A DNA stretch of 63,745 nucleotides, the filler included. It is 3 parts of 3 records of this genome, joined end to end, with 100 filler letters (N's around TTAATTAATTAA, not from the genome) between each part and the next. Parts side by side here need not be neighbours in the genome. Positions count along the whole stretch, not along the records: positions 17,503 to 48,904 come from SRR20825019_720; 2 more parts are not named here. One strand, given 5' to 3'. Shown here in pieces: positions 33,310 through 42,844 of this stretch; position 1 is the stretch's first letter; every line of letters starts with the position of its first letter. The notes beneath the pieces were generated by a model. It was not told where the DNA came from, made no database searches, and saw only the letters and a program-made list of their open reading frames with translations. A program made the position numbers and the translations under genes.

Positions 33310-34859
33310 ATCGACTCTCCCCTGATCGATTGATTTCGCAAAACTGAAGTCAACAGTTGAAGCAACCGGGAAAGCCCCCGCTCCAGTGCTTCAAAATAGA
33401 AACTCCCCGAAACGCCACGGACCGTTGCAATCAGCCCAAAAAGACCAAGAAGGTTCAGCGGCGCTAACCGGAAGAGCCAGACCTGAACGATTGTCAGGAG
33501 CAGTAAGATCGACAGGTAAAAACCGTGTGCCGCCAAACTCACGATCAAATGCCGTCCTAGTTTCCGGTCATCTTTTTGGAGAAAGCTCTCGGTCGAGAAA
33601 GAAGCGAACGCATGGATCGTGCTCAGCAACACGAGGGCTACGAGAAACACTGTTTCCGGCGTGACAGTGACCGATCGGGCAGCATCTTCAGAGAGGAACG
33701 GAACCGATATGCTGATTTTTGATTTCAGATAATTGTCACCATCGCGACGCAAATTTTCCAGAGCCATGGCATGGCGATATCCTGAAGAAACCCGAGGTTG
33801 CGTCGGCGGGTCGACAAAGTCTGAAACGCCGACTAGAGCTTGCCCGTAAACAACATCCTTGCCAGCAATGCGGTCTGACAGCTCTTTTGCGACATAAGCG
33901 CTTGCCGACGGAGAGAACCCTTCATGCAACAGGTTCGTCACCGATATCACTGGCATATAGGGGCACTGCTCCTCGGCCTTTGCGACACTTTCGAACATCA
34001 CTGTGGACAAGAGCTTCTTGCTCACGTCCCACACCGATTGCTTAGCCGAATAATTGCAGCCCTTCAGAAAATCATTCTTCGCGGACGGTACGATCCCCCA
34101 TTGGATTTGAAGTGGGCTTTCGAACCGAAGATCATCCGCACTGGGTTTCAATTCGGATTTCCCGCAATCGCCTCTGGAACAGCCATGCAGGTAGAGTGCA
34201 AAGGCGGGGAAAGTCCTTTCAAAGCCTCGCTTTTCGTAATCTTCTTTGCTGGCTCCCTCATTCGAACGCGACGCGCGCGTTACTTTCCGCAAAATATATT
34301 CTTCGTCATTCAGTCCTTGTTGAGCGCGCGTTGCCAAAACAGTACGGGTAAGGTCCCGAATTTCTGCGCGTTGCCGTTTAAACGGCAATACCGGCAAATA
34401 GACCGGGATCTCCGCCTCAATGTACTTCTCTAAAACCGGAACCAGCCGTCCAATAGTCGGATCTTCCCGCTGGTCGATAAACAGGAAGTCCATATAGATC
34501 GATCGTGGGCGATATTTCAAAATTTCATCAAGGACCCGGGCATGGTTTTGATAGCTGACCGGCCAAATCCAGTCATGTGACCGTAAATCGCGGTCATCAA
34601 TCATGACGACGGGAACATTATCCCGCTCAGCAGTATCGTGAAACGGTGCAACTAAAAGGCTATAAGCCCTGTAGGTGAAATTTTCCGTTATCCCCCCAAG
34701 TCCAAACAGATCTGTAAAAACTCCAAACAGCACAAAGGCTAAGACCAGAAAAAGCCTGATCAGCCGCGCTTTAAGTCCGCCGTAGCAATGCAGGAGGCTA
34801 CGCCCCCGATAATTGCGGATGAACTCGGTAACAAGCCCTCTGTTTTGAGCTTCTGACAT
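33306..34859 (-). CDS. CHASE2-domain membrane protein without a cytoplasmic output domain
   Basis: N-terminal TM; VVMIDDRDL..WPVSYQNHARVL..PRSIYMDFLF; GKDVVYG..SGYRHAMALENL; three C-terminal TM segments then a short tail. Confidence 0.8.
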   Translation of the reverse strand: MSEAQNRGLVTEFIRNYRGRSLLHCYGGLKARLIRLFLVLAFVLFGVFTDLFGLGGITENFTYRAYSLLVAPFHDTAERDNVPVVMIDDRDLRSHDWIWPVSYQNHARVLDEILKYRPRSIYMDFLFIDQREDPTIGRLVPVLEKYIEAEIPVYLPVLPFKRQRAEIRDLTRTVLATRAQQGLNDEEYILRKVTRASRSNEGASKEDYEKRGFERTFPAFALYLHGCSRGDCGKSELKPSADDLRFESPLQIQWGIVPSAKNDFLKGCNYSAKQSVWDVSKKLLSTVMFESVAKAEEQCPYMPVISVTNLLHEGFSPSASAYVAKELSDRIAGKDVVYGQALVGVSDFVDPPTQPRVSSGYRHAMALENLRRDGDNYLKSKISISVPFLSEDAARSVTVTPETVFLVALVLLSTIHAFASFSTESFLQKDDRKLGRHLIVSLAAHGFYLSILLLLTIVQVWLFRLAPLNLLGLFGLIATVRGVSGSFYFEALERGLSRLLQLLTSVLRNQSIRGESI

Positions 34860-35042
34860 TCCATCCCCACTCAGAAGCGCGGAATAACAAATTATTCAAT
34901 TAATGCGCGCTTTTAAAGTTAACAAAATGATAAGATTTGGCAACGTTTCGTCTTGGAATAATTTTCAAATGCTGCCTGATACGGCTTCCTCAACAAGACA
35001 CCTGTCCTTGACAAGTTTGTGACCGCGCCGCAGGTTGGCCCG

Positions 35043-35128
35043 GTGATGCTGGGGTGTTCCGGGTGACCGGAACTGAGAGGATACCCATCGAACCTGATCC
35101 GGGTCATGCCGGCGCAGGGAGACGTCAC
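35043..35128 (+). ncRNA. TPP riboswitch (THI element)
   Basis: GGGGTG..CTGAGA..ACCC..GAACCTGATCCGGGTCATGCCGGCGCAGGGAG. P1 gtgatg/cgtcac, P3 gttccgg/ccggaac, P5 ccgg/ccgg. Confidence 0.93.
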
Positions 35129-35214
35129 GAGACTGCATCAGCGGTCGCGTCAGGTCCTCTCGCCCCGATTTTGAATCTACCGTTCCGCCGAGCGGGACTA
35201 TTGGAGTGCCGGGA

Positions 35215-36330
35215 ATGTTCCTGAAATCCGCCGCTGTTGCGCTGACCGCGCTGATGGCTACTGCGTTGACCGCAAAAGCCGAGACAATCCCCGTGCTGGT
35301 GCCGATCACCGGCTTCCTGTCGCTTGAGGGCAGCTCCCAGCGCAATGGCGCGGTGCTGGCCATCGAGCGCTATGGCAAGGATCTCGATCTGGACGCCGAA
35401 GTGACCGACACGGGCACGTCTCCCGAGGGTGCCGTCACCGCATTGCGCCGCGCACTGGAGGGCGAACCGACCGCCGCCGTTGCCTCCATGCTCGGCACGC
35501 AGATGCTTGCCATGCTGCCGATCGCGGGCCGCGCCGGTGTGCCGCTGCTCACCGTTTCCGGCACGGCGAAGATCACAGAAATCGGTATTCCCTGGGTATT
35601 CCGTTTCTTTCCCGGCGACAGCGTTGTGAAGGTGGCGCAGGCCCGGTACGCGGTCGAGGAGCTCGGCGCCAAGCGCCCGGCCCTTCTGTATCAAACCACC
35701 GCCTACGGGCAGAGCGGCGCGGAACATCTGCGCCGGATCATGCAGGATCTCGGTGCGCCGCTGGTATTCGAAGAAGCCATCGACATCTCCGTGAAGGACA
35801 TGCTGCCGGCCCTGACCCGGATGCAGGAAGCCAAACCCGACCTGATCCTGCTGCATCTGCATTCCGGCTCCACCGCTCTGGTGATCCGCCAGGCGCGGGA
35901 CCAGAACATCGCCCTGCCGATCCTTGCCGGCTCCGCCATGCACCAGCCGACCACGGCTGCCCTGCTGGAGCCGAAGCAGCTCGCCGGTGTCTGTGCCGAA
36001 AGCGCCTCCTCGCCGATTTCCGAGCCGGAAGGGCCGGTCGAGGATTTCACGTCGGAATACCGGGCCCGTTTTGGCGCCGAGCCGGACGCTTTCGCGCTGG
36101 CCCAGTATGACGGCGCCACCATGATGATCGCTGCGCGGAATTCAGGCGCCAAAACCGCAGAAGAAGTGCGAGACTGGCTGGCAAACAACAGCTATGACGG
36201 GCTCGCCATGACCTACAAATCCGACGGCAAGGGCAACATGGCGCATGACGCGGTCATTGTTTGTTACGACGGCAAAAGCGCGGTGCCCGCAATCAAGCGG
36301 CGCTACGAGAATGTCAGTGGCGTGAAATAA
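35215..36330 (+). CDS. HAAT/LIV-family ABC transporter substrate-binding protein (under the TPP riboswitch)
   Basis: Signal peptide; WVFRFFPGD, TTAYGQSG, YRARFGAEPDAFALAQYDG; GGAG 8 nt before ATG 35215. Confidence 0.88.
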   Translation: MFLKSAAVALTALMATALTAKAETIPVLVPITGFLSLEGSSQRNGAVLAIERYGKDLDLDAEVTDTGTSPEGAVTALRRALEGEPTAAVASMLGTQMLAMLPIAGRAGVPLLTVSGTAKITEIGIPWVFRFFPGDSVVKVAQARYAVEELGAKRPALLYQTTAYGQSGAEHLRRIMQDLGAPLVFEEAIDISVKDMLPALTRMQEAKPDLILLHLHSGSTALVIRQARDQNIALPILAGSAMHQPTTAALLEPKQLAGVCAESASSPISEPEGPVEDFTSEYRARFGAEPDAFALAQYDGATMMIAARNSGAKTAEEVRDWLANNSYDGLAMTYKSDGKGNMAHDAVIVCYDGKSAVPAIKRRYENVSGVK

Positions 36331-36354
36331 GCAGCCACCCGGCAACACCCCAGC

Positions 36355-37248
36355 ATGTCAGCCATTGCCCTCACCCAGATCCTGCTGAACGGCCTCGCTC
36401 TCGGGGCCGCTTACGCCTTGATCGCACTCGGCTTCGTCATCGTGCTGAATGCGGCGGGAGCGGTGAATTTCGCCCAGGGCGAGCTGGTCATGGCGGGCGG
36501 GTTCGCCGCCATCGCGCTTGCCCCGCTGATCGGTGAGACGACGGCGCTTCCGGGACTTTTCCTGCTGCCGCTGGTGATGGGGCTGATGGGGTTGATCGGG
36601 GCCGGGTTTGCCTGGATTGCCTATTTCCCCGTCCGCAAACGCCACCAGGTCGCGGTCTTCGTCAGCACCATCGCCGCCGGGCTGGTGCTGCAGCATCTGG
36701 CGAACGCCGTTTTCGGCGCTGCGCCCCGCGCTGGACCACCGCTGATCTCCGGTAATGGCCTGACAGTCGGCGCCCTCTCCATCTCGCTTCAGCAGATCGC
36801 CGTAATGATCTGTGCCGCCGTGCTGATTTCCGGCACGGGGCTGTTTCTCGGCCGCACCCAGACCGGACGGCATATGCGGGCCGTGGCGCAGGACCCGGAA
36901 ATGGCCGCCGCCATCGGCATCCGGCCGAAACGCATGATCACGCTGTCCTTTGCGCTCGCCATCGCGCTCGCGGGCGCGGCGGGCCTGCTGCTGTCCAACC
37001 AGTTCTTCGTCAGTCCGAACGATGGCGGACTGTTCATGCTGAAAGCCTATATCGCGGTCACCATCGGCGGCTGGGGCAGGCTCGACGGGGCCGTGATCGG
37101 CGCGCTGCTGATCGGTATCTTCGAGACACTCGTGGCCGCGTTCGCCTCCTATCTGGTGGCGGAGGCACTGCTCTATGCCCTGCTGCTGATCATGCTGGTC
37201 TTCCGGCCTTCCGGGTTGCTGCCGGAGCGGGCCCGCGCCCGTGTCTGA
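36355..37248 (+). CDS. LivH-like ABC permease
   Basis: NGLALGAAYALIALGF, VNFAQGELVM, TGRHMRAVAQD, IGGWG. Confidence 0.92.
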   Translation: MSAIALTQILLNGLALGAAYALIALGFVIVLNAAGAVNFAQGELVMAGGFAAIALAPLIGETTALPGLFLLPLVMGLMGLIGAGFAWIAYFPVRKRHQVAVFVSTIAAGLVLQHLANAVFGAAPRAGPPLISGNGLTVGALSISLQQIAVMICAAVLISGTGLFLGRTQTGRHMRAVAQDPEMAAAIGIRPKRMITLSFALAIALAGAAGLLLSNQFFVSPNDGGLFMLKAYIAVTIGGWGRLDGAVIGALLIGIFETLVAAFASYLVAEALLYALLLIMLVFRPSGLLPERARARV

Positions 37249-38908
37249 CCCGCGCTCCCGTCTGGCTCTGGGCGTCGTCGCCATTGCGCTGGCGCTCTAT
37301 GCCCTGTTCTTTGCCGGCGATTACGCGCTGCACGTCCTGACCCGCGCCGGAATCTATGCCATCGCCGCCATCGGCTATCAGCTCATCTTCGGCCGCCTTG
37401 GCGCCCTGTCGCTGGCGCAGGGCTGCTTCTTCGGGCTCGGCGCCTATGCGGCTGGTCTTGGCGCGCTGGAACTCGGCCTCGGATTTCCGCTGACGCTGGC
37501 CGCCGGCATCCTGCTACCGAGCCTTCTCGCGGCGCTCATCGCCATTCCCGTGCTCCGTCTCGCCTCGCACTATTTCGCGCTCGCCACCCTCGGCATCGCC
37601 CAGCTCGGCCTGCTCGTCGCGACCAACTGGACGGCGGTCACCGGCGGTGCGAACGGACTCTACGGAGTACCGCCCATCGAGATCGGCGCGGTTTCCATCG
37701 GGCATGGCTTGCCGCTCACCATGCTGGTCTGGGCTTGTGTAGGACTTGCCCTCACCATCTCGCACCGGATGACAGCCGGGAAACGCGGGCTTGCGGTCGA
37801 AACCCTGCGGGAAGCGCCTCTAGCCGCCGGCGCGCTCGGTATCGACGGGGCCGCGATCCGCTTTCGCTTCTTCGTCGCCAGCGCAGCCCTCGGCGGCCTT
37901 GCGGGGGCGTTGCAGGCACACGCGATCGGTGTCGTCTCGCCGGACGTGCTGCAATTCCATGTCCTCGCTCTGATTCTCGCCATGAGCGTGATCGGCGGAC
38001 ACGCCTCCCCCCTCGGGGCCGTACTTGGCGCCCTGCTGCTCGTCCATCTGCCGGAATGGTTCCGGGACTTTGCCGACTATTACCTTGTGGTCTATGGCGC
38101 GGCCCTGCTCGCCGCCATCATCTTCCTGCCGCGCGGGCTTGCCGGTCTGTTCGGGACAAACAAAACGCCCGCAGCAACACCAGAAAAGGATATGGCACCG
38201 CGCCCGCCTGCTGCGCTCAGGTTAACGGTGGAAACGGTCTCCAAGCATTTCGGCGGCGTGACCGCGCTCGACGGAGTCTCCCTCACCCTTGCCCCCGGCG
38301 AAATTCTCGGCCTGATAGGCCCGAACGGTTCCGGCAAGACAACGCTGGTCAACCTGCTCTCCGGCATCGAAAAGCCGGATGGAGGGCGCGTCCTGCTCGG
38401 TGATGCCGACATTACCGGAAGGCCTCCGGAATACATCGCCCGTTCCGGTCTCTGCCGCAGCTTCCAGCATCCGCAGATCGCGCCGGACCTGACCGTGCTG
38501 GAGAGCGTCGAGGCGGTCACGACAGAGGGAGAGAGTGCCGATGCCCGCGTGACAGAAGTCGGGCTCTCAGACGGTGCGAACGAAAAAGCCGGAACCCTGC
38601 CACCGGCAGCCCTGAAGCATCTCGAAATCGCCCGCGCCCTTGCCGCCGGTGCCTCCATCCTGGCTCTGGACGAGCCGGCCGCCGGGATGAACGAGGTGGA
38701 GCGCGCGGAACTCTCCGCCTTGCTGAAACGGCTGGCGGATGCGGGCCACGGCATCCTGCTGATCGATCACGCGATGGACTTCCTGCTGCCTCTGGCGGAC
38801 CGGGTGGTCTGCCTCAGCGCCGGGCAGGTCGTTGCCGAGGGAACACCCAGCGACGTTGCCCGCGATCCGGCAGCCATCAGTGCCTATTTCGGGGAGAGCC
38901 CGCTGTGA
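37241..38908 (+). CDS. Fused LivM-like permease / LivG-like ATPase
   Basis: YFALATLG and TGGANG permease motifs, then GPNGSGKTT, LEIARALA, LDEPAAG. Confidence 0.9.
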   Translation: MSDPRSRLALGVVAIALALYALFFAGDYALHVLTRAGIYAIAAIGYQLIFGRLGALSLAQGCFFGLGAYAAGLGALELGLGFPLTLAAGILLPSLLAALIAIPVLRLASHYFALATLGIAQLGLLVATNWTAVTGGANGLYGVPPIEIGAVSIGHGLPLTMLVWACVGLALTISHRMTAGKRGLAVETLREAPLAAGALGIDGAAIRFRFFVASAALGGLAGALQAHAIGVVSPDVLQFHVLALILAMSVIGGHASPLGAVLGALLLVHLPEWFRDFADYYLVVYGAALLAAIIFLPRGLAGLFGTNKTPAATPEKDMAPRPPAALRLTVETVSKHFGGVTALDGVSLTLAPGEILGLIGPNGSGKTTLVNLLSGIEKPDGGRVLLGDADITGRPPEYIARSGLCRSFQHPQIAPDLTVLESVEAVTTEGESADARVTEVGLSDGANEKAGTLPPAALKHLEIARALAAGASILALDEPAAGMNEVERAELSALLKRLADAGHGILLIDHAMDFLLPLADRVVCLSAGQVVAEGTPSDVARDPAAISAYFGESPL

Positions 38909-39624
38909 GCTCCTCACTGCTCTCTTTCCGGAATGTCTCGGTGCGGCGTGGCGGCGCGATAGCCGTGCGCGATCTCACGCTCGATATTGCACCGGGTGAG
39001 ATTGTCGCCCTGATTGGCCTGAATGGCGCCGGCAAATCGAGCATTCTACGGGCAGCCATGGGGCTGGAAGCGCTCACAGAGGGCAAAATCCTGTTCCGTG
39101 AGCAGTCACTTGCCGAAATGGGCACACCTGAGCGGGCGCGGCGCGGCATCGGATATTGCCCAGAAGGGCGCCGCCTGTTCCCCGGCATGAGCGTTTCGGA
39201 CACGCTGCATGCGGCGATGCAGGCACCGCGCAGGCAACGCCTCGCACGGATCGAAGAGCTCACAAATCTCTTCCCCCTGCTCGGCACCATACTTGACCGG
39301 GAGAGCTGGAGCCTCAGCGGCGGGCAGCAACAGGTCGTCGCCATCGCCCGCGCGCTGATGCAGCGCCCGGAAATCCTGCTGCTGGACGAGCCGTCTCTCG
39401 GCCTTGCCCCCGTCATCTGTCAGGAGCTGTTTCCGGCCATCCGGCAACTCGCGAATGACGGTGCTGCCGTGCTGCTGGCTGAACAGAGCACAGCCACGGC
39501 CCTCGCTGTCGCCGACCGGATAGCGGTGCTGCATCGGGGCACTCTTGTCCTGAACGAGCCCGTAGCGGCACTTTCTCACGACCGCTTGAAAACAATCCTG
39601 CTTTCCGAGGGTGAACAGCACTGA
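38905..39624 (+). CDS. LivF-like ABC ATP-binding protein
   Basis: GLNGAGKS, PEGRRLF, LSGGQQQ, LDEPSLGLAP. Confidence 0.92.
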   Translation: MSSSLLSFRNVSVRRGGAIAVRDLTLDIAPGEIVALIGLNGAGKSSILRAAMGLEALTEGKILFREQSLAEMGTPERARRGIGYCPEGRRLFPGMSVSDTLHAAMQAPRRQRLARIEELTNLFPLLGTILDRESWSLSGGQQQVVAIARALMQRPEILLLDEPSLGLAPVICQELFPAIRQLANDGAAVLLAEQSTATALAVADRIAVLHRGTLVLNEPVAALSHDRLKTILLSEGEQH

Positions 39625-39680
39625 CGCTTGGTTTATGCTCGCCAAAAATCGACTTGCCCGCCTTAGGAGATCCCCCGTCG

Positions 39681-40367
39681 ATGGACGAGAGCCAGACACC
39701 CGACTTCCGCCAGAGCATCGCCGAGACCGCAGCGAATATCCTGCTTGAAATCGAAGCCGTTCACATCCGCCCGGAAGAGCCGTTCACCTTCACATCCGGC
39801 CGGCTCAGCCCGGTCTATGTGGATTGCCGCAAGATCATCAGCTTCCCGCGTGCCCGGACGCAGCTGATGGAAATGGGCGTCGAGCTGCTCGCCCAGAAAG
39901 CCGGGTTCGAGCAGTTCGATGCCGTGGCCGGCGGCGAGACGGCAGGCATTCCCTTCGCAGCCTGGATCGCCGACCTGCTCGGCCTGCCGATGCTCTATAT
40001 CCGCAAGAAGCCAAAAGGCTTCGGCCGCAATGCCCGGATCGAGGGCACCTTCGAGGATGGCGCGCGCATCCTGCTGGTCGAGGACCTGGCGACGGACGGT
40101 GGCTCCAAGCTCTCCTTCATCGACGCTATCCGCGAGGCTGGCGGCGAGGTCGCCCACTGCTTCGTGGTGTTCCATTACGGCAACTTCCCGCAAAGCACCT
40201 CTTCCATGAAGGAAAAGGGCGTGGATCTGCATGGGCTCTGCACCTGGTGGGATGTCCTGGCGGCGGCGGAGAAGCGTGGCTTCACCCAAGCACAGCTCAA
40301 TGAAGTGCGTCAGTTCCTGCGCGATCCGGATGGCTGGGCCGCCAGCCGCGAGACCGTCGACGTCTGA
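39681..40367 (+). CDS. pyrE: Orotate phosphoribosyltransferase
   Basis: TSGRLSPVYVDCR, GGETAGIPF, RKKPKGFGR, LVEDLATDGGS. Confidence 0.95.
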   Translation: MDESQTPDFRQSIAETAANILLEIEAVHIRPEEPFTFTSGRLSPVYVDCRKIISFPRARTQLMEMGVELLAQKAGFEQFDAVAGGETAGIPFAAWIADLLGLPMLYIRKKPKGFGRNARIEGTFEDGARILLVEDLATDGGSKLSFIDAIREAGGEVAHCFVVFHYGNFPQSTSSMKEKGVDLHGLCTWWDVLAAAEKRGFTQAQLNEVRQFLRDPDGWAASRETVDV

Positions 40368-40407
40368 TAAGAATCAAAGCAGTAAAAATCAAAATGGGGG
40401 AAGAGTG

Positions 40408-41031
40408 ATGCTGAGGATTCTCGGCCGTAACAATTCGAGCAACGTGCAGAAGGTGACATGGCTCTGCGAGGAGCTGTCGATACCGAACGAGCGCGAGGAT
40501 TTCGGAGGGGCCTTCGCCAACACGAAAGACAGTCATTACCTTTCGCTGAACCCCAACTCCCGGGTCCCGACGATTATCGAGGACGATTTTGTCCTCTGGG
40601 AATCCAACGCCATCGTTCGCTACCTCTGCAACAAGTACTCGGCTGGCGACATGGCCCCGGCGGACCCGCGTGCCTATGCGGATGCGGACCGCTGGATGGA
40701 TTGGCTGCAGACCACCGTTCTGGCCCCGATCACGGTGATTTTCTGGGGTCTGGTCCGGACACCCGAAGCAGAGCGCGATCTGGCGGCGATAGAGGCCGCG
40801 CGGGAAAGCATGATCCCGATCTGGAAAATCCTCGACGAACGGCTGACGGGCCGCGACTACATCATGGGCGACAGGCTGACCATGGCGGACATCGTGCTTG
40901 CCATAAACTGCTATCGCTGGCTGACCTTGATCCAGGACCGGCCGTCCATGCCCGCGCTGGAAGCCTGGTACGCGCGCATTGCCGCACGGCCAGCCTTCAA
41001 GAAGCATGTGCTGGATATTCCGCTTACCTGA
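40408..41031 (+). CDS. Glutathione S-transferase (GstB/YliJ-like)
   Basis: ILGRNNSSNVQKVTW, LNPNSRVPTI, WESNAIVRYL, DRWMDW. Confidence 0.93.
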   Translation: MLRILGRNNSSNVQKVTWLCEELSIPNEREDFGGAFANTKDSHYLSLNPNSRVPTIIEDDFVLWESNAIVRYLCNKYSAGDMAPADPRAYADADRWMDWLQTTVLAPITVIFWGLVRTPEAERDLAAIEAARESMIPIWKILDERLTGRDYIMGDRLTMADIVLAINCYRWLTLIQDRPSMPALEAWYARIAARPAFKKHVLDIPLT

Positions 41032-41119
41032 TCACCGATGCAGGGGCACGGCGCTGGAAATCACCCGCCGTGCCTCCTATCCTTATAAGATCTATCCACT
41101 GAGACGGAGACAGCCCCCG

Positions 41120-42820
41120 ATGCGACGATCCGCCCGCGTCCTGACCTTCTGGCTGCTCCTGTTTCTTTCCCTGCTTCCCCTTGCCCGCTCAGCCGATGCG
41201 CGCGAACAACTTGTCATCGGGATCACCCAGTTCCCGACGACCCTGAACCCGATGATCGATTCCATGCTGGTGAAGACCTATGTGCTCGGCATGGCGCAAC
41301 GGCAGGTCACCATATTCGGCCATGACTGGGAGCCGATCTGCCTCTGGTGCACCGAGTTACCGACCTTCGAGAACGAGCGGGCGAAACGCTTTGCTCTGCT
41401 CGATGCCACGGGGAAGGAAACCGGCCGCGAAGGCGTGCGGACCACCTACACCATCAAGCCCGGTGCCTTCTGGGGCGACGGCACGCCGATTACCACCGAT
41501 GACGTACTTTTCAGCTGGGAAGTCGGGCGCCATCCGGAAACCGGCGTCGCGGATGCCAACAGCTATCAGGAAATTGTCGATATCGAGGTCGAGGACGAGC
41601 GCACCTTCAGCATCGTCCGGGACAAGATCGATTACCGCTACAACACGCTCGGCGATTTCCAGCTCCTGCCCGCCCATCTGGAACGCGCCGCTTTCGCGAA
41701 CCCTCAGGAATACAAGAACCGCACCCTCTACAAGACCGCGCCCGGCACGCCAGGCCTCTATAACGGCCCCTACCGGGTCACGGAGGTGAATGAGGGCGCC
41801 TATATCGTGCTGGCCCGGAACGAGCACTGGAAAGGCAAGGAGCCAGCCTTTGAGCGTATCGTGGTCAAAACCATCGAAAAGACCGCCGCGCTTGAGGCCA
41901 ATCTGCTTTCCGGCTCCATCGACTATATCGCGGGCGAGGCCGGACTCACCCTCGATCAGGCGCTCGGTTTCGAGAAACGCCATGGCGACACGTTCGACGT
42001 CATCTACAAACCCGGCCTGATCTACGAGCATATCGAGTTCAATCTCGACAACCCGGTGCTGGCCGACGTCAAGATGCGCCGGGCCCTGCTCCATGCCATC
42101 GACCGGCAGGCGATCTCCGACAGACTGTTCGACGGCAACCAGCCGGTCGCCCATGGCGCGGTCAACCCGCTGGACTGGGCCTATCACGACAAGCTGCCGC
42201 TCTATCCCTATGATCCGTCCCGCGCCAAGGCGCTGCTGGACGAGGCAGGCTGGACCGTGATTAAGGACGGTGTCCGGTACAGGCCGGACGGCACGAAGCT
42301 CAGCCTGGAGATCATGACCACGGCCGGGAACCGGATCCGGGAGCTGGTCGAACAGGTGCTGCAGGATTACTGGAAAAAGGTCGGCATCGAGGTGACGATC
42401 CGGAACGAGCCCGCCCGGGTGTTCTTCGGCGAGACCGTTCTGAAGCGTAAATTCCCGGCTATGGCCATGTTCGCCTGGCTGTCGGCACCGGAATCCCTGC
42501 CCAAGACCACGCTCTATTCAACCTCGATCCCGACAGAGGCGAACAACTGGGCCGGACAGAACGCCACCGGCTACAACAATCCTGAAATGGATGCGCTGAT
42601 CGACGCCATCGAAGTCGAGCTCGACCGGGAAAAGCGCCGCGCCCTCTGGGCCGAGCAGCAGATCCTCTATGCCACGGACCTGCCGGTCATTCCGCTCTAT
42701 TTCCGGTCCGAGGCCTATATCCTGCCGAAATGGCTGAAGGGCCTGAGGCCGACCGGGCACAAATACAGCTCCACCTACTGGATCGAACAGTGGCGCGACG
42801 GATCGAGCGCGAGCCAGTAG
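41120..42820 (+). CDS. Peptide ABC transporter substrate-binding protein (family 5)
   Basis: Signal peptide; WGDGTPITTDDVLFSW, NGPY, RRALLHAIDR, DLPVIPLY. Confidence 0.93.
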   Translation: MRRSARVLTFWLLLFLSLLPLARSADAREQLVIGITQFPTTLNPMIDSMLVKTYVLGMAQRQVTIFGHDWEPICLWCTELPTFENERAKRFALLDATGKETGREGVRTTYTIKPGAFWGDGTPITTDDVLFSWEVGRHPETGVADANSYQEIVDIEVEDERTFSIVRDKIDYRYNTLGDFQLLPAHLERAAFANPQEYKNRTLYKTAPGTPGLYNGPYRVTEVNEGAYIVLARNEHWKGKEPAFERIVVKTIEKTAALEANLLSGSIDYIAGEAGLTLDQALGFEKRHGDTFDVIYKPGLIYEHIEFNLDNPVLADVKMRRALLHAIDRQAISDRLFDGNQPVAHGAVNPLDWAYHDKLPLYPYDPSRAKALLDEAGWTVIKDGVRYRPDGTKLSLEIMTTAGNRIRELVEQVLQDYWKKVGIEVTIRNEPARVFFGETVLKRKFPAMAMFAWLSAPESLPKTTLYSTSIPTEANNWAGQNATGYNNPEMDALIDAIEVELDREKRRALWAEQQILYATDLPVIPLYFRSEAYILPKWLKGLRPTGHKYSSTYWIEQWRDGSSASQ

Positions 42821-42844
42821 CAGCATGAGAGTCCCCGGATCATC

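Noticed and set aside
34900-34923. CtrA site upstream of the CHASE2 operon
   Set aside because: TTAA half-sites are 9 bp apart rather than 7; could be chance in AT-rich DNA.
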